Origin: Bipalium vagum
Lineage: Eukaryota
Assembly: GCA_037834085.1 (NCBI GenBank)
Contig: JBBMKC010210594.1
Coordinates: forward strand, 137-35,073
Direction of reading: 5' to 3'
DNA length: 34,937 nucleotides
Part shown: positions 25,061 through 34,937 of the stretch, one piece after another
Layout of the letters: the number at the start of each line of letters is the position of its first letter
Position numbering within the stretch: position 1 is the first letter of the stretch
Position numbers and translations under genes: made by a program
Notes under the pieces: generated by a model
The model's input: the letters and a program-made list of their open reading frames with translations, nothing else
What the model was told of the DNA's origin: nothing
Databases searched by the model: none

Positions 25061-26840
25061 CATAGTTAATTAAATAATAATCAATTATATTTGAAATGTC
25101 TTTCAATTCACAAAAACAAACTCACAAGCGATTTAAGAAACGGGAAATTTAATGAACTAATTAAGTCCATTACTTTGATATTTCCAGTTGTTCTTCAGCA
25201 GCAATTATAAATGTTTATCTGACACAGATATTTGCAATAACACTTGGGAAAATTTTCCAAGCTTAAGGAAATGAATCAATTATATTCAGAAAGAGAAGCT
25301 ACCAAATCCAAAAACACTTTTTCTTAAAATTTAATTCCCTACAGATAAATTTCTTCAAATGAATTAAATTCAGTCGAATTCTTTTAATTTATAGAAAAAT
25401 AACAATAATTTCCACAATTAATTATCCCATTTAATTAAATTTCATAATGACTTTTGATTGTCAGAACCCTTTTTGATTCATTAATTTTTAATGAATACTT
25501 TTCCTTAGATCCTTTGGGAATTGATCTAATGATGGAGATTGAATTTTAAAATCGACAAAAACTAAAAATTAAATACCAAATTTAATAAAACAAAAATTCT
25601 AATAAAAAAATTTTGCACTGATTCAAAAAATATCTTTCAGCATTGTAAAATTTCAAACAAAAAATTCCAAGTGTCGTAAATAAAAAATCTACATTACGGA
25701 TATTTATTTTTTTTTATTTTTATTTGCAGTATGATCACAAGTATGTTGACCTGAAATCTTCAGAACAGTGCATAAAAGCGTTTGTATGTTATTAACGATT
25801 CCCTTTACGCATCAATGATTTTCATTAACACGAAAAACTTTTTAGTTGAAATTTTTTTTTTCATATTTTTTTGGTTTTAATATGGGAAAAAAGTTATCAT
25901 TTTGTCCGGCATACTTTATATTTAATAACGAATAAATATTCATCTTGTATTTTGTTAATTAATTTATTTAAAATTACTATTTATTATTTTTATTGCTAAT
26001 ATGGTAAGAAAATAATAGACGTAGATGTAGAGATATTTGTAAATCTCGTTTTTCAATGTTTGAGACATACTAGATATCAAATATCACGTAAAACTTTATA
26101 AAACCTGTTTCAACGTATGGTCAAGTAGACACCAAAAGTAAGAAAGATATTTACCAGGATATTTGAAATTTTTTCAAAATGGCAAATGACACTTAACTTA
26201 AGAAAACTTTTATTATCCAGTATGATATATCTTAAGATCAGTATACCTGCTTTTAAGATTTCCTAACATGAGAATTCTATTCCTAAATTGATTTGACGAA
26301 AATTTTCGTAATATCCACCTAAAGCTGCTCATATAATATAACTTCTTGAGAAAAGCTTTCCAAGAAGAAATTTTTTGAGTCTCGGAAATCTGATGGAACT
26401 TGATTTGGTGATAGATGTTCCAATAATGAGGCATGAAAGTCCTTGTGTAAGAAAACTCATTTCCCATCGAACAAACTCATACCAATATCATCAGACTCCT
26501 CACTTATATTATTTTTGAGTCCCTATTGCAGAAAACATAGAAATCATAATAAATTTAATTACGATTTTAAAACAACAACGAAATCGGTAATCAGAACTTT
26601 TTAATGTAAGTTCAATGAAATAACATAAATTAAAGTATTATAAATAACGCTCTGTTCTGCTTCGCTCTATGCGACTTAATACGTATTTTTCTTACCAGGG
26701 ATTCTTCTGTTATCAGAAAAGCAAACGATTTTAACGACTTTAATTAATTAATATTATCTTATTGTGATCAGAGAAATTTTGTATTTGTTTTATAAAATAT
26801 ATTTTTTTAAAACAAATTGCGTTATCTTAGTTTATTTTAG

Positions 26841-28937
26841 TTAGTATCTGAGGATATCCATTTGTTATACTTCCTTCGATGGAGTTGGTGAGCCCAAATC
26901 TAACCTATATATAGAGAGTTAGCAGTTATTATTTTCGAGAATAAATCTCGCAGTCAGCGTCGTAGCCAATACTTAAAATTATGATATGATTATATTTTCT
27001 TCAGTGGTAACAGATTTTGGATTACCAGTGTGTAGTTGATCGGAAATGCTGTGAGTCTCTTAAATTAAGCTATCCAGATTTTTTAATGGTGACATACAAA
27101 AGCAAGTCATACTCTGGAAGGTCCATCGTGTCATCAAAAGTTACTTAGGCAGTTAAATCTTTATAAAAAATATTTCTTATAAAAAATATCAATGTCAAAC
27201 AGACTAAGTGAATGTATGGCCAAGAAAGGTTGCCATACTCATTACTAATTTTTATGTATAGATATGTATTGCATGTTTGTATTCATAATAAATTTTTTTG
27301 ATTTTAGGGTGCTTTTTACTGTTTTCCGTGAGTATAGTTATTATTTACTTATTGATATTATTAAAAATTATTACAATATTTAAACCACAATTCATTTTGT
27401 ACAAATCCTAAAGATTAAAACTGAACCATATTTTCTTAAACTATTTTCAAGTGCATTCCCATAAATTCTTAAATAAGCTAATTCAAAAAAATCACAAAAA
27501 TATAAAATTTCCTTTTTTGTTTCAATTAATCAAAAATTTTTAAAAAGTAATTTGCAAAATTAAAAACGTCAAATAGGTTGAATTTAAAATACACCAATAA
27601 TGTCATCAGTAAACAAATTAATAATTAATAATTTATTTTTACTTAGCCAAAAGCTGTGAGATAAACAAGAAATTTAATTTATTGAAAAAGTTACAATAAT
27701 ATCAAAATTTTCAATATGATAAAATATCAAAAATAAATAAATAAATTTCTAGTCAAGATTCAAAAAATTAATTTTAATTATTTTTTTAAATTTATTCTAT
27801 GTAAGCTGCATAATTTTCAGTAATGAATTCTGAACAATCCTTATAATTATGTTTCCATAGTTACCGTTAAATTTAAATATTTCGTTTTAATGATGACGTA
27901 AAATTGTATAAAATATTAATTGGAAGAGTAAATTTGAATTAAGATATAATTAAGAAAACAACCACGATGTTTTCCTTGTATAAGAAAAGTATAAAAAACT
28001 TTATTAATCCAATTATAAAAAAAATATTACACAAAAATCAAATTCGACTTTTATTAAAATTATTATTTTTCTATTATTATTTTTCTTTAAAAATTGTTCA
28101 GTATTAAATATCTCGAATTTATCTTCAGTCCCATTTTAACAGGCAATAATCAGTAAAAATTAACGTGTATTTTTATCACTGTATAATAACACGAAAACTT
28201 TATAAAATCGTAAAAAAGAGTTCAAATAAAAATGAGATCAACCACGAGTATAAACAAGATATTGATAACTATATTCTAGATAACACCCGTTGATATTCCA
28301 GAACTACCTCTTGAGTCCTTGCGGTTTCTCAGAGATAGGTAATATCAGCAAAAGTTTTTAATAATAATCATCTCAAATCATCCCAAATAACAATAGCTAT
28401 AGTCTTCTCGATGAGCCCTTTTTCTTCACTTATACTGAGAAATTCTTCTCTTTATTGTGCTATTTTGTATACTATTTTCTTAAAATTTATTTTATAACTT
28501 ATTCATTTTCCTTGAATCTTTATTATTATTGAAAACTATTCTATTGAAAATTTTCTTTAAAACCTCTTTACTTATTTTCTGGGTAACTTTTAATTAGGGT
28601 TTACAAAAATGATATGTAAATCGATAAAAAATATCAATAACTAAATGAAAATTCAAACAACCTATGAATATTCAGTTAATCTTATCTAAAGACGACCAAA
28701 CTTCTCGGGGTCGGATGATTGTCATTCAATAAAAGTGAATTAACCGTACGTATTTCTAATTTTCATTTCTTTAAATACCTTTAAATACCAGATGGCCAAG
28801 TGACATTATCTGAACAATGGCGTCTTGAATGGGAAAATTTCCCAAAAATAATCTTGAATTCCCTGAGTGGCAGTTTCTTTCTCAAAATAGTCACTACTAA
28901 GAAAATTCAGAACGCCAATGAAAACTTTAAAATTTAA
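26841..28937 (+). CDS. Candidate fragments of an unidentified spliced gene
   Basis: AG/GT-bounded GC-richer islands 27014-27050, 27308-27327, 28280-28338 and 28397 onward join in phase as ILDYQCVVDRKCWCFLLFSITPVDIPELPLESLRFLRDSYSLLDEPFFF. Further islands lie at 26841-26887 and 28792-28937. No homology recognised. Confidence 0.3.
27060..27250 (+). mobile_element. Tc1 transposase C-terminal remnant
   Basis: SMSNRLSECMAKKGCHTHY* matches the Tc1 terminal SMP.R...CI...GG.T.Y*. Confidence 0.6.
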
Positions 28938-29828
28938 AATATAATAATATTTATCATTAAAAATATAATACATATATAATAATCAATAGATAAGATTATA
29001 TAAAACTTGATTTAACAGTCAAGAAGGATCGTCAAAATAATTCTTAAAATTGAAAAAAGATCATTTCATCAATGGAAACATTCCTACCACCCTTTTGTAT
29101 AACTACCACTATTCTGTACATAATTATACAGATAATAAAATTTTACTATTTACTAATTTTCAATATTTAATTTATTCAGCATAAAAATTATTAATTTACT
29201 ATATTATTAATTAAAACTTAATATTAATTAATTAAATAATTTAAGATTTTTAAAATTTTGAATAGACAAAATTTGTAAAAAAATAATTTTATTTTCTAAG
29301 TATTAAATAGATTTAAATTAAATTTAAAAAAGATCAAATTAAAAATATTTGAATCATTTAAAAATCACACTTATAAAAATAAGAAAAATTTGGTTTAGGT
29401 TTTTACAAGTAATTAAAATAATAAAAGCAATACATCTTTCAAATTTTTATAATAAAAAAAAATATTTTAATAATATTAACCATTGATGTTAACCTTTTAT
29501 TCATTTTTTTAAAATTATATTTATTTCAATAAATTATTAAAAATTTAATACTATTCTTCAATCTTAAAAATATTAAACTTTTTTAAATTTAAATTTTCAT
29601 TAAAACAATGTTTTTTATTATTATTAATTAAATTTTTTAAAAAATCCTTTAAGAAATTGTATAATATAAAAGAAATTTGAAACTTAAAAAATGAATATGA
29701 TAAACTAAAAAGAAATATCTTTTCTTTATTTCATTTTAAAATATAGTATTGAAAAATATTATTTAATATAATAAAATATTTGTTTATAAATGATAAATAT
29801 AATAAAAAATATAAGTTAATACACAAAA

Positions 29829-30281
29829 ATGTCTAATCAGATATTTCTCAGGCGTCTAAAAATGGAGTTAAAAGCTCTGGAGGAACCGACTTTAGTTTCC
29901 GCCCAACCTGATCCTAACAATTTTCACAAATGGACTGGTATCATTCAAGGTGCAACTGGTACACCATTCGAAGGAGGACTATTCAAGTTGGACATTGACT
30001 TACCTCAAAATTACCCATTTGAACCACCGAAAGTGACTCTTAAAACAAAAATATTTCATCCAAACATTACAGAAAATAGAATTTGTGTTGACTTCCTCAA
30101 AGAAAAATGGAGTTTTGCAATGAATATCCAATCCGTTCTGTTCTCAATATTGCTTTTATTGAATGATCCCAATGTAGACAGTCCATTGAATCAAGAAGCA
30201 GCGCATTTGTGGAAGTCCGACCGAGAAAAGTATAATAAGACCGTGAAAAAATGGGTAGAATTATATGCTTCAAGGAAATAA
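29829..30281 (+). CDS. Ubiquitin-conjugating enzyme E2 (Ubc4/5, UBE2D-like, divergent), intronless, 150 aa
   Basis: Complete UBC fold motifs: RRLKMEL, W..IIQG..GTPFEGGLF, YPFEPPKV, KIFHPNI, catalytic Cys in RICVDFLKEKWS, LLNDPN..SPLN.EAA. Start context AAAAATG; TAA stop. Confidence 0.96.
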   Translation: MSNQIFLRRLKMELKALEEPTLVSAQPDPNNFHKWTGIIQGATGTPFEGGLFKLDIDLPQNYPFEPPKVTLKTKIFHPNITENRICVDFLKEKWSFAMNIQSVLFSILLLLNDPNVDSPLNQEAAHLWKSDREKYNKTVKKWVELYASRK

Positions 30282-30303
30282 TTTGTTTGATAAAGAAAAC
30301 TTT

Positions 30304-30309
30304 AATAAA
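30304..30309 (+). promoter_or_regulatory. Candidate polyadenylation signal of the E2 gene
   Basis: AATAAA about 22 nt after the stop codon. The hexamer is common by chance in DNA this AT-rich. Confidence 0.35.
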
Positions 30310-30374
30310 ATACTTTACTCATTTTTGAGTTTTCAAGAATTTTATATTCTGTATAGTTATTGTAATAATACTAC

Positions 30375-30900
30375 ACTTAGCATGTGGTGGGAATATAAAT
30401 AAGAATGATACTAAGATGAAACAATTTTTACAACAAAAATGAACTAAAACAGAATTCTTTTTCTGTAAACACACTTTCTGCTTTATAGGCACTTTGTTTA
30501 CCTAGTTACTAATTAAAGAGGCCATTTTCGAAAAAATGCATCCTTTTCAACCTAGTCTTTTGAGATCTCGTTCAGAATTCATTCGATGAACTGTGTGACA
30601 GAGCATTTTCAGAAAAGTATTTAGGCTTTCTTGTAACTCTATCATGTCACTAACAAATCCTCAGTAATAGTGGCGTAAATATTATCCATAAACTGTTATT
30701 ATTTTTAAAAATTCAAAAAATCTTTCTTTATATTCAATAAGATGTTACACAAAGTGTACTCTACCGGTATAGTCACTTTTTAAAAATCTTTCCTAAGAGG
30801 AATAAGTGGAAAGAAGTTTTCAAAAATAGTAGTATTTCTCAACTTTTTAAAAAATATTTGATAACTTGGTGAAAAATATTAAAAGTGAAGTTACCATTAA
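30375..30900 (+). mobile_element. Decayed mariner remnant immediately downstream of the E2 gene
   Basis: Fragments LSMWWEYK, IKEAIFEK, HFLKI and SGKKFSK occur in mariner order. Confidence 0.45.
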
Positions 30901-32249
30901 ATTACACTTTGTCTAGAGAAAATAAGTAAAATTTTAATACTTTTTAGATGTTTATTTCATATTTTATTAATATAAATGGCGATTATTATCTAAATAGAGA
31001 GCTATAGAATATGCAACTTATTATATCACAATTATTAGTAATAATAATTCAACATATCCAATCATATATTATTTTCTTAATAATATCCAATCAGTAAAAA
31101 ATATTAAAGATTTTAAATTTACCTTCATTCAAGTTTTAGATGAAATAAAACAAATAATTGATTGCTCTGAAATTGATATGACAGAAAGCAATTTCATATT
31201 AAAATTGATTTATCAAGCAAGACAATTATTTGAATTTCAGATGTTTAATAACTATTTATAATTTTGAGAATTTTATTCAATTTGATATAATGCTAAGAGT
31301 TAATAAAAATGTATGTCTTTGAAATTATTATTAAATCCTAATATTATCAAGAGTTAAATAATGTAACTCAACATGATAATATTTTTTTTTAAAAATTGGA
31401 AAATGAACTTAATAAAATACAAACAGTTAATGGAGGCAAACAATATAATAAATTTCTTAATATAAATCATTTTGATGAATTTTTTTCAGGAAAAAATTAT
31501 GGAAAAAAATATTTGAAAATTATCATAAATATGATGATGGATATTAGAAATTTCAAGAAATACCTGGAAAAAATGTATAAAAATAAATGACATTTTTATC
31601 ATTATTGAATAATCTTAATAGGTAACCAATAATAATTAATAGTTTTGTTTTAATAATTTTCGTTTTTGTGCAAAAGTTTTAACTAATTAATTTCCGAACA
31701 TTCCTCAAAAGTATTCAGACAAATAAATGTCGTTAAAACGAAAATTAATTCATTTAGAATGAAGAAAGATTTCTGATAAGAAGTCCATTACTTAAATATA
31801 CATTAAAGATTTCAAGGAGTCAAGCACATAAAATCTTGTCTTATATTAATTTTTTAATTATATTGAAAACATATTTTTATTGAACTTGTTAAGATTTGAT
31901 GAATTATTAAATGAGAAAATTATATGAAATTAGATTTTTTATGCATTTATTATTTTTCATCTTCCATTATCATTATGATTTACCATAAAATAAGAAACTG
32001 GAAAAATGAATTTTAAGATATTTTTAAATGTTGAGGTATATTAATATATACCGATAATTAAGAAAATTATTGTTTTAATGATTTAGAATTAAAATTTTTT
32101 TATTTCAATTGAACAAGAAGTAGAAAATCAGTTATTGTTTTCACATTTTTTACCTGTTAATTAATGGATTTATTCTGATAAACTTTGTCCAATACAAATA
32201 TGACAAATTTTCTACAGATATTGAAAAGATGAAAAATAATATATATTAG

Positions 32250-33000
32250 TAATCCATTGTCTTTTACGTTTCTTTGTTTGAATGTTAATATAGTAATTAT
32301 TCGCATATCTTCCGTTCATAGTTATTATCAAAATTATTCATAATTACTTAAAATTCTTCAGCACTAACTTTACCTATACGCACAACACAATTCAATGAAT
32401 GACCTAAAACTTTACTGGTTTTGCTTAATTGCAAATGTTCACTAATACACGTTCTGAGGTGACGCTGTGTCTCCTCTTTGTATAGGCTATTACTCACATT
32501 ACATTTAAATTCGTAAACGATATTAGCTAGCAATATTGTAGGTGTTGGCGTTTAAATTTTTTAAATAACTTTTCGTTTTTACTGTCACTGAAATTACTGT
32601 TAAGTCTTCAATTTCAACAGTTTTTTCTATTATGTTCTCGAATGTTCTAAATCCTTTTGAAAAGGGTATTTTAAGTACATTTTTGATCTCTTCTGTTCTT
32701 TTTCAGTTTTCCTCACATCTTTTTCTTTCCGGTTATTAATCTGTTAATTATTCTATTGGTGATCTTTTCTATCTGTATATACATTCTTTTTCAACATTTC
32801 TTTAATAATATCCAATTCCTTATCTATCTCTATATAATCTGGTGTTAAAGACTATACTCTGAATTAATCCTTTTATTAATCAACTTTTATATCTTTCTTC
32901 ACAAAAACAATAATTTGACGTATATAGTTCTGTATTCGTCTCTTTTCTAAATATATTGATCTTTAATTATATAATTAATTTTAACAATAACATCTAGAAA
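32250..33000 (-). mobile_element. Penelope-like retroelement remnant (RT thumb plus GIY-YIG endonuclease)
   Basis: Minus strand reads FLDVIVK..IFRKETNTELY..DKELDIIKEMLKKNVY, then NIVYEFKCNVSNSLYKEETQRHLRTCISEH (VY..C..Y.GET.R.L..R..EH GIY-YIG motif). Confidence 0.88.
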
Positions 33001-34260
33001 ATGCAGCATGAAGATAATTACAGATTCCGAAATTGGATGACTCCATCAATGGAGGAGTTGATAGAAGCTGTCAATTAGTATCTCGCGATTAAGATCCTCA
33101 GAATATCTGTATTTATCTAAATACTTTGATGATTCATTGTGTAAAGGAGAGTCGAGGGTGCAATGACAGAAGTATACTTAAATTATGCAATTTTTTTAAG
33201 AAGGAAGAAAGTGAAATGAAATTATTATCACTTGAGGAATTTAAAAGAACAGACATTTGGTTTGATAGAATGCAGGGCAGACCGAGTGTGACGATGCAAA
33301 TGCAAGGGAAGAAAGTCGATTGTCAGTTAAATACTGTGGCCAAAATAAACGTAATAAGTATGAAGGTGTATCAAAAACTTTGTAGGATAACAATGATGAA
33401 ACAGACTTAAAAATAAAATTTGCAAAAGACAGCCAATTGGTTACAAAAGGAGAATAGTTGTTGAAGTAAGTGTGTGGCAACAAAAGAAAATTGTTCCGTT
33501 CACCGTCGTGGAAATATTATCTTCGGGTTTAATTTGCTGAGTGGACTTGTAACCAAGGTTGTAACCCAAGCGACGAAAGAAATAAACGATTGACCTCAAT
33601 ATCTCAGAAACGTTATAGAAAATTTACATAGAGTTATGTAGCCCTTTAGGAGGGACTAGTAGGGAAAGAAATATATCATGGCAATAATATATTAATTCAG
33701 TTAATACTTATAGCTTTTAGTAATATGCCGTTAGTATGAGACAACGATGAGGAAGATTTCAGAAAACAAATGATATTGAACTTTGGTGCACCAAATGAAA
33801 TCCATGTAGATTGCGTCAAAATCTTCTAATCTCTCTTATTTCCTGTTGAGAGAGTTTTCAGTAAGGTTGAAAGATTAAAAAAAATCACAAAGATTAAAAA
33901 ATCACACAATATCACTACAATGCAAACGCCGGAAGTCGAAAAAATAATTCAGGACAATTTGTAATCTTATCAACAAAGTCAACAAACTGATATACCAGAG
34001 ATTTTACAGGAAGTCGAATTTGTGATCAACGTCACGGTTTAAAAATCTACAGGGATAAGTCTCAGAGAAATCTTTTTTGCCAGAAAAAAAGGTGGATACC
34101 ATGGACAGACCGTAGAAACAGAACGAGAAGGATAGAAGCGACATAAAATGCCCCCCAAATCAAAACGACCATGAAGATGTCAGAAAATGGATGGATCAAT
34201 GAATTGCTTCTAAGGACCAAGATTTCTTTTACCGCGGAATCCATTCTTTACTCAAGAGAT
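33001..34260 (+). mobile_element. Gypsy/Ty3 LTR retrotransposon remnant (protease and integrase fragments)
   Basis: QGRPSVTMQMQGKKVDCQLNTVAKINVIS is an aspartic protease with DTG decayed to NTV. Integrase pieces: ILNFGAPNEIHVDCVKIF, YHYNAN..EVEK..RTI, EILQEVEFVINVTV*KSTGISL. RT and RNase H are absent and no LTRs were found. Confidence 0.85.
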
Positions 34261-34860
34261 GATCAAAAGTTGCCAACGGAAAATATTTTGACTGAAATAA
34301 ATATTTTGTTTCTTTTAAATAAACGACTTTTTTTCATAAAAAAAATATTGGAATTAATTCCTATAATAGATGTAACCTAAGGCAAACGTAAAAATATATT
34401 GATATTGATTTATTATTAATGAACGTTTTATTGATAAATCCTAAAATTATTTCAACGAATATAATTGTCATTATATTAATAATAATGTTTTGTTTTAAAA
34501 TAAAAATAGATTTACAATGTCGAGGAGAAAAGTCTAATTTCCTCTTGATCAATTGCCTTAAAATTAGCAGACAATTTTCTGTAGACAAATTAATTTTTCA
34601 ATAACTCATAGTAAAAATTCTAATTTTCTTCGAATTTGTCCGAAACATATTTATAAAATATTTTTTAAAAATTAACCAAAAGTATAAATAAAATTAAGAA
34701 TAATATTTAAGCTAAAAATTGATAATTTATTTAGTTGTGTTTTTTTCTTATGTTATGCTTACAACATATTTTAATAACCTAATGTGACAGAATAAAAACT
34801 GTAAAATAAAAAGCGTCTGTTAATGAAATCTCTATACTCATTAAACTTGGTTTTGTATTG

Positions 34861-34864
34861 AATA

Positions 34865-34937
<73 letters not shown>
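34861..34937. repeat. (AAT)n microsatellite
   Basis: About 25 near-perfect AAT units running to the window end. Confidence 0.97.

Noticed and set aside
25505-25530. Short inverted repeats (TTAGATC...GATCTAA; also ~11826-11846)
   Set aside because: Stems of about 7 bp are expected by chance in AT-rich DNA.
28692-28750. In-frame TGA in a candidate exon as selenocysteine or readthrough
   Set aside because: The exon itself is uncertain, simple terminal-exon models explain the stop, and no SECIS-like structure was recognised.
1-34937. CRISPR array, operon or other prokaryotic/viral system
   Set aside because: No regularly spaced repeats and no dense ORFs; spliceosomal introns and animal-type transposons indicate eukaryotic nuclear DNA.

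Overview
Very AT-rich eukaryotic genomic DNA, most likely from an animal, with two assembly gaps (9446-9591, 21029-21176). No prokaryotic features (operons, CRISPR, rRNA) are visible. The main content is: (1) a + strand RhoGAP gene that I reconstructed by hand as 16 phase-compatible GT-AG exons (7146-20911, about 760 codons, 5' end not found). It keeps the arginine finger and resembles the SYD-1/SYDE (C2+RhoGAP) subfamily. Its introns are either tiny (29-63 nt) or 1-4.5 kb, and most of the long ones carry transposon debris. (2) An intronless, divergent Ubc4/5-like E2 ubiquitin-conjugating gene (29829-30281) with atypical active-site and E3-binding loops. (3) A tRNA-Ala-derived relic lacking the T-loop (12140-12199). 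(4) Many decayed transposons: mariner, Tc1/Tc3, maT/DD37D, rosa/Visitor DD41D, a possible piggyBac, a Penelope-like element and a Gypsy element. (5) Weak evidence for a second spliced gene at about 26.8-28.9 kb. Tiny introns, extreme AT content and a divergent animal-type RhoGAP suggest a reduced parasitic metazoan such as a myxozoan; this is inference only. I found no well-supported novel multi-gene system. The best leads are the gene architecture, the SYDE-like GAP and the unusual E2.
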